In this document: positions 14,498-24,740 of the stretch, piece after piece
Layout: each line of letters begins with the position of its first letter
Position numbering within the stretch: the first letter of the stretch is position 1
DNA from: Vitrella brassicaformis CCMP3155
Lineage: Eukaryota; Protista; Chromerida
Reading direction: 5' to 3'
Assembly (NCBI GenBank): GCA_001179505.1
Contig: CDMY01000385.1
Location: forward strand, 1-64,000
DNA: 64,000 bases
Made by a program: the position numbers and the translations under genes
The notes under the pieces: generated by a model
What the model was told of the DNA's origin: nothing
Databases searched by the model: none
What the model saw: only the letters and a program-made list of their open reading frames with translations

Positions 14498-16629
14498 TCA
14501 GCTGTGGATTGGTACCAGTTTGATCTTCTGCCCCTGGATGATTTCGTTCTGTTTCTTCTCCTGCTGCAGGACGCGGTACAGCCCCACTATCTGCTCCTCA
14601 GACGCCTCGTCCTACATTGCACGACGCACACAACACATCACACACGCGTCGGCACCAAGGTCTTGGTGGGGATGGTGTGTGTGTTTGATGATGTGTGGGC
14701 AATGGGCGGGTGGCGTGCTGACCGGCTTGAACGGCAGTTTGTCAGCCTTCACCTTCTTGATGGCGTTCTTGGCGCGCTGCAACTCAATCGAGGCCTTCAG
14801 ATCCTTGTACCTGCACACACAAGGAGGGAGGGAGGGAGGCAGGGAGGGAGGGAGGGAGGGGTATGCATGCTGTTCTCAACATCCCCATAAATATGTCTGT
14901 GTGCCTGGCCACCGACCACTGGACGAGCTGCCGGTCGTCGGCCGTCTCGGGGTCAAATCCTATCTTCTCGCCCTTCTTCACTGCAGAGAGAGGATATGGA
15001 TCGTTGAGCATGGCTGGCTGTGTGTGGCGAGAGAGTTCCTCCCATACCCCTGATCTTGGATAGGGTTTTGGCAGATTGTTTGAGCTTGGTGAAGGCCTTT
15101 TTGTCCTCCAACTCCTGCAGAACCCCACGGTACCTGTCAGTCAGTCAGTCAGTGGGCCAATACCGCACCACACACACACACACACACACAGACGCACAGA
15201 CGCACAGACTGACATTGGATGAGCAGAGGCTCTCTACTATGCTGGCTGGCTGACCACGTGGTATAGTCGTCATTGGTCCATCCCTCCGTCGACAACTCGC
15301 CCTTCTTAGACAGACGGCGCGCCTTCGCCCTGCACACCCAGCACACCCAGCACACCCACCAACACCCGGAAGTGATGCGATCGATGTAGCCAGCGACGGT
15401 CGAGGCTCTCTTCCTTCCGTACTTACTTGGCTGCGATGACGGTCACCTTGGGCTCGGCCTTCCGCACCTCAGTCTCCTCCACACGCTCAGCCTGGCGTAA
15501 AAGGAGAGAGAGATAAAGGGGAGTGAGCGAAGGCAGGAGGGTGGAGTGTGCGTGTTGTGTTGTGTGTGAGAAATGGCAGGCACCTGCCGCACGAGTCTGG
15601 CCTCCCGCTGGTCCTTCAGGAACTGCTTGTACCAACCCACCAGTCTAGCGTCCGACGGCATCCTGACCGACAGACAGACAGAGAACCAGACGGACGCAGT
15701 GCATGACGGCGGCTCCTATGTAAGAGAGTGTAAGTGTGTGTGCGAAGGCTCACTGTGTGATGATGTTCTTCTCCAGTGCGGCCTTGGCCTTCTTGCGGGC
15801 GCGCTCTATCTCGCGAGACGCCTTGGCAGCCTCCTGACACACATGACATGGTCAGTCAACATGTCAGTCAGAGTCAACACACAGCCGCTGCCTCCCTCGG
15901 CATCCTACAGGCAGGCAGGCAGCTGACCTTTTCCTCCTTGATAGCAGCCTTCTGGTTCTTGTACCAGGCCACCAACGCATCCCGGTCGTCGCCAGATGGC
16001 ACCCTGCACACACAGACACCCACCCACCCATGACACCGACCGACCAGCTCCTCGCATAAATCGATCCATCTCCTCCCTGTGCCGCATGGCATGGTGCTTA
16101 CTTTGCGTTGGGGTCAGCGGTCTTGAACGTCTCTGCTAGTTTCTGCGCCGCTTTGACGACCGAGGTCGACACCTTGGCGCCAGCCTTGGCCGCCTTGGCC
16201 CCACGAGCAGCCGTGGTCTTGCCAGCAGCCGCAGTGGCCGCGCCCCTCACGCCAACGCCCCCAATCTCCAACAAACAGCGATACTGCCACACACCAGAAC
16301 ACAACACAACACAACACAGAGACAGAATGCAATGCAGCTGTACTATCTATCGGTGTGGGTATAGAGAGAGGGTGTTGGCTTGCAGCAGCGTGCCTTGCCT
16401 TGTCAGCGAGTTTGAAGCCGTCCGGTCCGACGTAGGCCATCATGGACGGCGAGGGCAGGACCACCCTATGCATCGGGGAGGCCTGGTTGGCAGTGGGGGA
16501 CACAAACATCGAGTGCGGCGTGGCGGCGAAGTAGCGGGCGCCTCCACAGGCAGGCCCAAGCATGCGGGCCGCCGTCGGGGCGAACGGCAGCTGAGGACAC
16601 CGAGCAATCGGCAGCCGCAGCGAAGACAT
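14498..16629 (-). CDS. Putative mitochondrion-targeted, Lys-rich helical-repeat protein (about 10 exons)
   Basis: Arg/Ser/Ala-rich, acid-poor N-terminus (MSSLRLPIARCPQLPFAPTAARML...RYFA). All junctions join in frame to TGA at 14498-14500. Five internal repeats are centred on (L/I)VxWYK-like motifs. Confidence 0.7.
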
Positions 16630-16823
16630 CGCGAATTCGATGTGTTTGGGAACTCTATGCTATCCACTCCAACAACAGCTACGGTTTCACCCGGTTGGAA
16701 CGTTTCTGAGCTCAAGCTCGACCCCAAGCTCGCAATCCTGTTCCGCTTCCTCTGAAAAACAGGTATTCCTGATACTGTTCCTCACTCATCGAGACTCACT
16801 TGGCCAGCTCCGAACAGTCTGCA

Positions 16824-19492
16824 ATGAGTGAGCGCATGTTTCTGCTTCGGACGCCTCACGAGGTCCGCAGCCTCTCACACGGCTATCCCCGGACATCGCA
16901 GGCCCTCCGCTCCATCCTCCACCGCATCAAGACCGGCACACACCCATCAGCTGAGGACGCCCGCACACCAGAGGCCGAGGTCCCATGTTTGGAGGCTGCC
17001 ATTGAGGCCTATGAGTCCCTGAAGCAAAAGAGCGACGGGAGCTTCACCTTCTGGCGGGATTTGATGCCCTGCGTGTGGTCGTGGGTGTGCGAGGAGGAGA
17101 TTCTCGGCGGCATGTCGCCGGCTGTGTCGTCTGGTGGCGCTGCCGGGTGCTGGGACGGGGCGTTGGGGCTGGTGACCAAGCCGGGCGACCGAGTGGAGGT
17201 CTCCCGGAAGACGTGCCGCGCCATACTCGCTAACGCATTCCTGCTTAACCTGAGAGAGGTACACTCATCACTCATAGAGAGGAGTGACTGACGTGTGTAT
17301 TGGATTGGATTGTGTGTCCTTTTGTTTGTTTCGGTGGATTAGGCGGACGAGGACGACACTGCAGGCATTTCTGAGGGCGCCGCATCGTCCCCCGCCCCGC
17401 CTCGGTTCGGGCAGCTGAGCTTCGAGGCCACCTATATCCTGCCGCGGAGCTCAAATGGCTTCCCTGTCGGCTTCCATCGGCTGCTGTGCTTCCTGGCGTA
17501 CCTGGACCTGGCGGCATCCTTCGACGCACAGCAGCTGGAGGAAAGTGTGGTCATCGAACGGTATGGGAGAACAAACAGGGGGAGTGGGTGGGNNNNNNNN
17601 NNNNNNNNNNNNNNNNNNNNNNNNNNNNNNNNNNNNNNNNNNNNNNNNNNNNNNNNNNNNNNNNNNNNNNNNNNNNNNNNNNNNNNNNNNNNNNNNNNNN
17701 NNNNNNNNNNNNNNNNNNNNNNNNNNNNNNNNNNNNNNNNNNNNNNNNNNNNNNNNNNNNNNNNNNNNNNNNNNNNNNNNNNNNNNNNNNNNNNNNNNNN
17801 NNNNNNNNNNNNNNNNNNNNNNNNNNNNNNNNNNNNNNNNNNNNNNNNNNNNNNNNNNNNNNNNNNNNNNNNNNNNNNNNNNNNNNNNNNNNGGTCATCG
17901 AACGGTATGGGAGAACAAACAGGGGGAGTGGGTGGGTGGGTGGGTTGTGAGTATGCATGTTTCTTTCTCTCTCTCCGTCTTCCTGTGTCATATGTGTGTC
18001 AGGTATGGCCCAGCTGCCCCTCAGCCGGCCGTGTCTCTGTCTGCCTCTGCTCTGGCGTTCCTGTCGTCACCCAGCACCGCTCGAGCGTCGATCGGGCCGG
18101 CTGGCGGATGGGGAAAGGTGGATGCGCCGGTGGACGTGGACGCAGTGAGGGTGACGCAGGCCGCCATGGAGGAGCCACACGCACACTGCTTTGTCGACTT
18201 CGGTGAGTGAGTGAGGAGGGTCTAGAGCGAGTGTATTTCTCTCGGCAGGGTGACTGGTCTGGGTGGCTGGGGGATGTGATGTGATGTGTGCCCCCAGCGA
18301 ATCGTCAGATCCACATTGGGCGCATCCTTGGGTCGTTGGCGACTCAGGAGGAGATCCTCTTCTCGTGCTGTCCCGAGCTGTACATAACGCTGCTCAACGT
18401 GAGCTGCATGAGCGACACTGAGGTGGTCATCATCCGGAACGTCCGTCGGGTGTCGGCCTACACCGGCTACCTCTCCACATTCACCTTCAGCGGCTTCTAC
18501 AAGGTACGTGGGGGGTGGGTGGAACTGGGTGATGAAATGAATGCCATGCCCACCGCATGGTATGTATGTCCACCCACGCAAATGTCGTCCGTCAATGTTC
18601 TTTGTGTGTGCCATGCAGGGCTCCCAGCTGGTGACGGACGTGTTGGCTCTCGACGCCACCATGTCTGACCACTTCAACACGTCCCAGATCGACCGCGACA
18701 TGAACAAGGCATACCTGGGCTTCAAGCACGCCGCGCACCCCCACGTGGTGACAACCACACAGACACAAACACAGACCGACCCCTCCCCTCCCGCCGAGAC
18801 CGACGCAGCCAACGGCGCTCCTTCCTTGCCGTCCAAGGCCGTCATCGTCACGGGCCGCTGGGGTGAGTGACGTACGGCGAGGGCTGGGGTGGTTCGTCTG
18901 GTCTGACTGACGATGGATGGTCGTGTCCTTGTCACTTTTGCAGGTTGCGGCGTGTTCGGTGGGGACAAGGCATTCAAGTTCATTCAACAGGTAGGTGGGT
19001 GGACGGATGATGGAGACACGGTGGTCCCCAATTCACCTCGGTGAGTGTCTCGTGTCTGTCTGTGTGTGCAGCTGTGTGCAGCAACAGCGGCGAGCAACGT
19101 GACACTGGAGTACTCGACATTCCACGACGCACACACCGAGAAGTAGGCAATGGACGGACGGATGGATGGATGGATGGACTTAGCGTGCAGATGCGCAATA
19201 AGCATTCTTTTCTGTCCATCAGGTTGTTTGGCGAGCTGCTGTCGTTGATGCGTGAGCACAAGGTCACCGTCGCAGAGGCATACAGGTCTGGTGCGCCCTG
19301 CCGCGCACCAGTGAGTGACGCAAACCGCCGCTTACGAGTGTGATGTTTGTCCATGTGTCGCCCGACCATTTGTGCAGGTGGATGTGTAGCTTCAAAGGTT
19401 CCTTGTCGCGCCAGCCGCAGGCCAACTTTGCGGACTACTTCAAGCACATGATAGTGCGCACCAAGGGCCAGAAGAGCTGTGGGTGCGTGTGA
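16824..19492 (+). CDS. PARG: Poly(ADP-ribose) glycohydrolase (PARG), multi-exon
   Basis: CRAILANAFL, FVDFAN...TQEEILFSCCPEL, AYTGY, DRDMNKAYLGF and IVTGRWGCGVFGGDKAFKFIQQ are canonical PARG catalytic-domain motifs. Confidence 0.92.
17593..17892. other. Assembly gap (300 N) flanked by an identical 44 bp duplication; probably a false gap
   Basis: ggtcatcgaacggtatgggagaacaaacagggggagtgggtggg occurs at 17549-17592 and again at 17893-17936. Confidence 0.9.
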
Positions 19493-20744
19493 GCCTCAGT
19501 GAGCTGCATCGATGAGTGAGTGAGTGCGTGTGTGTCTGTAAGTAGCTAACACACGTGTGTGTAGACGAGGAGCGGCCTCGTAGTGTAGAAGTGCTGTCTG
19601 GGTGTTCGTGGAAGTATGGCCATGCCATGGTGTGTGACGCGTCGCGTGTTTTATTGACTGAACATATTGACTGAATATATTATGACCGAACACTTCTTCC
19701 TTCCCTGAGTACACTGACTGACTGCATGGTGGACACGTCAGTCGCCACGCCACGGCACACACAAAGTCGTGTTGTGTGGGACACACTCACAGCCGCACGC
19801 AGTGTAGTGTCTTGAAAGCACCACATTCAACATGTTATGTGTGTATGTCACTCACTGGTCGGTCACTGGCTCACCAAGGCAAGAAACACACGCTGACCAC
19901 GAGGGGCGCTCATTTACCAATCAATCGCGCAGGCGGGGAGGCAGGGAAGGAAGGGAGGCTTCCACCCCAACCAACACACCGACCGCCCCCTGCCATCCAA
20001 GCAGACAGACAGCATGCATTGCAAAAAGAACCACTTCTCAAAACATCCATACAGACAGACAGACAGACACTGACCTGACTGGCCTGAGTATGAGGGTGTG
20101 GTGTGCTCATCGTCCCGGGCAACCAACCAACCAACCAACCAACCGAGTCCCTGAATATACGAATGTGGTGTGTGTCTTCCTTCCTTGCTTCTCCTATGTA
20201 CCCATCCATCCCTCACAGACAGAAGTCTGCCTACATAGGACCGGACTGCATCCACCCATACAGTGCACACCACGCTATACGGTCCTTCGTTTCGCTTTCT
20301 GTGTGCGGTGGGATGCGGTGCGTGGGGAAGGGGGCGACGCCCATCCACTGACTGCAGACAAAAATGCATAGCGAGGCGAGATCATGTGGTTCTTTCCTTC
20401 CTTCTGGGTGCCCAACTTAGCCGCAGCTGAGCTGACCGCCGGCCGGCGCTTGCTGAGTGAGCTTAGCATCAGACGAACAGACAGACAGAGAGGCAGGCAA
20501 GCCGATGCCATTGGGTGGGTATCTCATCCTTCCTTCTCGCTTCTTACACTCATGCATGCAGGCACAAACACACCACAAGGCACACAGCACACAGCAGTCA
20601 GTCACGAGATCGCATCACACACACGCGGAAATGCACGAAACGCACCCACACACACACGAGGCGGGCGGGCAGGCAGCCTCGTTCGTGTGGTCCTTAAAAC
20701 TCTCATCCATCTTGCATGCCTTTTGCCTCTTGCCGCTCACTGAC

Positions 20745-23700
20745 TCAGCTGTCCTCCATGACCATCTCATCGTCGTACGCCACGCCACCACCACCACCGC
20801 CCTCCTTCTTTGGCTCCTCCTGCTGCTGCTGCTGCTGCTCTTTGGCCTCCTCATCCTTCTTACCGTCCTCACCCTTCGTCTCGGCACTGGCAGCACCACC
20901 ACCCTCAGCAGCTGGGGCTTCTGGGCCCCCTCCTGGCGGAAGGGCACTCGCAGGGTCATCCTGCTTCTCGCCCTCCTTCTTGTCCGCCGGCACACTCTCG
21001 CCGTTGGCGGTTGGCAGAGGGGCGCCCTCAGGAGTGGCATCCGTCGCTCCGTCAGTGGGCCGTTGCTCCCCAGCGGCAGGTTCTTCGCCAGAAGTGGCAG
21101 CGTCGGCAGGCTTGGCTGCATCAGTGGCGGTGGTGCCATTGGTGACGGGTGCGTCTTGCTGCTGCTGCTGCTGCTGCTGCTCTTGAGCAGTGACGGTGGG
21201 GTCAGTGGTGGTTGCGGCCTGCGTGTCGGCTCCTGGGGCGGCTTGGCCATACATATTCTGATACATCATGGCGTAGGCGTTGGGGTCCTGACGAAGGGAG
21301 GAGGGGGAAGGGGGGAAGGGGACAGGCAGAGGTGTGTGTGCGCGTGTGCCTTGTTTGTCGGTTCGTTCGAGCGTACCTGCTGCCACATGGCCATGAACTA
21401 AAAGGTTGAGGGAGAGAGAACGAGACACAACACACACGGCAGCACAGCAAACCAACCACAGAGAGACACACAGACATGCCAGGAACCACGCAGGCACCAA
21501 CGCAGGCGCGCCGCCTCTTTCTTCTCTCTCTCTGTCTGTCTTCGTGCGCTGCGTGTGTGATCCTTCCGTGTGGCTTTGTTGTCGGTCAGTGTGTGTGTGT
21601 GCACGTAAGTACCTGCATCATCATTTCTGGCGTCATGCCCATGCCCATCCCCATCGCCCCCATCATCATCGGGTTGAAACCCATCATAGCCGACATGTCA
21701 CCACCTGCTGCCGCACCACCACCAGCACCAGCACCGGCACCGCCGGCGGCCATAGCCGTCATGTCACCAGCCCCTGCCGCACCAGCCTCTCCATCGGCCT
21801 TTTTCTCTCCCTCTCCCTCTTTCTTGTCGCCCTCCTCCCCTTCGGCCTTCTTGCCCTCACCTTCAGCACCATCCCCCTCGGTCCCCGCTGCCTCCTTCTC
21901 CTTGTCGGCTCCCTCGCCCTCGGCCTTCTTCTCCCCTCCCTCCCCCGCAGCCGCACCGGCCCCCTCAGGCCCCTCTGGTGGATTGATGCCGGGGGCCGTG
22001 CCGAAGTTCATCATGGCAGTGCCGTCGGCGCCCCACATCTGGCTCATGTCCATGCCCATGCCCATCATCGGCATGCCCATGCCCATCGGGGGGAAGAAGG
22101 GCGGGAACCCACCCACACCCATGCCTCCAGGGGCGCCGTACGGCGGGTACATGGCCTGCGGCCCGGGGGACGGCCCTCCCCGCCAGCTGGCGGGGGGGCC
22201 GGTGCGGCTGCGTGACTCGAGTGCGGTGCCGTTGCGGTCAGCGAAGGAGTAGTGCTCGCCACTCGCTGCCAGGGTCTGTGGATCAAAGGCAGGCAGGCAG
22301 GCATGGATTATGTATGTGTAAAGCTTTCCAGTCAGAGTAGGCTGGCTGACCGATTCGATGAGGTATTGGATGTAGTCTCTGGCGTCGTTGGCGGACTCCT
22401 GAGTCATGGCGCGGACCTCAACCTCACTGATTCATGGATGGATACCACACAGATCGGTTCAACCAACAGCCATACTTCGCTATTGATAGGCAAATACACA
22501 TACACACCCACACCCACACGTATGGTACCGTTCGTCTCCGGTGACTTCCGAGTCCCTCTGGATGATGACCTTGCACTGGTACCGCTCCTCAACGCTCCGG
22601 ATGGACTCGCCCTTGCGGCCAATGACGATGCCCACGTGGTTGTTGCGGATCATCAAAGACGCAGAGCAGCCACGCGGGCGGTACCCCTCCCACGGAGCTA
22701 TGCCACGCGCCTCGCGGTCGCGTTGCTGCACACATGAATGAGAGAGAGATTGAGGTATGACACCACTTAAGTCTTCGTTGTTGGTCGAGTGGGTACCTTC
22801 TGGTCGACCTCGGCGAGGAGCTTTTTGATGTCCTCCTTGGCGGCGTCGATCTTCTCACGCGGGCCCTCGAAGTGCACCGTCCGCTGGGTGCCGCCGTCCG
22901 GCTCACGGTGGATCTGGATCTGTCACAGGACGGGCAGTGCATTGCAACACGGAGAGAGAGAGACGGCTGCAGCCACTCTACTTGTATGCTCTCGTGTGTG
23001 CGTGTCTGTGTGTGTGTGTGTGTACCTTGATTCTGTGGTCTGCCTGTAGCTTGCGTATGTTCTCGCCGCCCTTGCCGATGACCACGCCGGCCTGCTCGTT
23101 GGTCACGTTCATCTCCTCGCGGACCTTTCACACACAACAGACAAGACAGCACATAGCAACACACACAAAAGATTAGCGTCCCACAGAGCATAGCTCCTTT
23201 ATTCCTTTTTGTCTTTGCTCGCTGACTGACCGAGTTGGGGCCCCATTGCCCGTAGGACATAGACATGTCTGCCGGTGGTGCAACGGGCTGGTTGACGATG
23301 TAGGCCTGCCAAGCCCACAGACAGACAGAAGACATGCAATGCACTCAGAGGGTGTGCAGGCCAGGCGTGTGTGTGTGCCGTCCTTGGCCTTGTTGGTGCT
23401 GCGTACGTTTCGCAGGTGTGACTTGATAGATTCGTCGGCCTGGAAGATCTGCAGCAGACTCTGCTCGGCGTTGTCCAGGTCTGTGCGGCTGTCTGACTCC
23501 AGCTGACAGACAACACGCAATCACGCGATCACGCAAGCACAATGGCGGCCGACACACGGCGGTGGATTGGATGTGTGTGGTCGACGGTGGGTCGGTGGAT
23601 CGCTCACGAAGATGGAGAGGTCGTTGGTGGTTCGGTCGATCCTCAGAGTGGGTGAGCATCGCGTCTCGTCGCGGAAGCGATCCTTGTACAACACCGACGA

Positions 23701-24429
23701 GAACAAATCACCTACACAGACAGACCAACAGCAAACACACAGACACCGACACACCATCCATCCAGCCAGCCAGCCATCTCCGAACAGTCTGCTTACGGAC
23801 GAATGGCAGGTCTGCGTGTCTGGGCACGTCGACCGTCTTGGACTCCCTCTTGCCTGTCCCCCAGCTCCACTGCTGCCCCCCGCCCCCCTGCTGCACACGC
23901 TTGAGCGCCTCCATCGCCTTGGCCCTCGCCTCACTCACTATGTCGGCGTTGGCACCAGGGGCCATTCCCATACCCATCCCGCCACCGCCACCCAGCGGCA
24001 TCAGATTCGCCCCGGTCGCCCCGGTCGGCCCGCCGCCGAGCGGCATGAGGTTGGCGCCGGTAGCACCGCCTGGAGGCGGAGGTGATGGGCTGCCAGACGC
24101 GCCATCGGGGGTGTCGCTCCAGCGACTCACCCTGCACGAGAGATGGCCAGACAGAGAGGGAGGAATGAGACATGAGAGGCCCATGGGCGTGTCGGGATGC
24201 CTTCAGGGAAGCGTGTGAGTGCGCATGTGTTAGTATCTGTCTGCCAGCAGCTGTGCCTCCCTCCCGCTCTGACTGACCTGGGACGCTTGCTCTGAGGCTC
24301 TGCACGCACACACATACAGGACAGGAACAGCGGGAGAGATGATCTCATGCAGGCAGGCAGCGGGATGACGGGGCTAGTCTCTCTCTCCGCTGTGTGCAGC
24401 GAGTGCACCCACTTACCGTCGTAGGACAT
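20745..24429 (-). CDS. KH-domain RNA-binding protein (FUBP/KHSRP-like architecture) with Gly/Met/Pro-rich and acidic C-terminal regions
   Basis: Two canonical KH loops (AGVVIGKGGENIRKLQ and VGIVIGRKGESIRSVE) plus an upstream degenerate KH-like segment. First exon ATGTCCTACGACG|gtaagt; TGA at 20745-20747. Confidence 0.85.
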
Positions 24430-24740
24430 GACCAGAGATGACAAGATCACTGCATAGCCAGTGCTCCAGTCCACACCGCAGTACCGCAGATCTCTGAATC
24501 ACCGCCTCGCCTGCGAGCTTAGCCGACACCTTCAGGGTTCGGGTTTCATGGTTCGGTTTGTCAGCTCGCATTCGCGGTGCCAAGAGACGCCTATTTTAGT
24601 ATGATAGGAGCCGGGAGCATGGCGGCAGCAAGGGACGAACTGCAGGTAATGTGCACAATGTCATTCTACCGTCTAGGGAATTGTATTGTCATCGGTTGAA
24701 CCCATCGCTTTGCTGGTGCTGACAGTCTGGCGCGTCGTCC

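Noticed and set aside
19500-20740. Possible extra minus-strand gene or spliced 3' UTR downstream of the KH gene
   Set aside because: Microsatellite-rich, and no coherent ORF or convincing donor/acceptor chain could be built.
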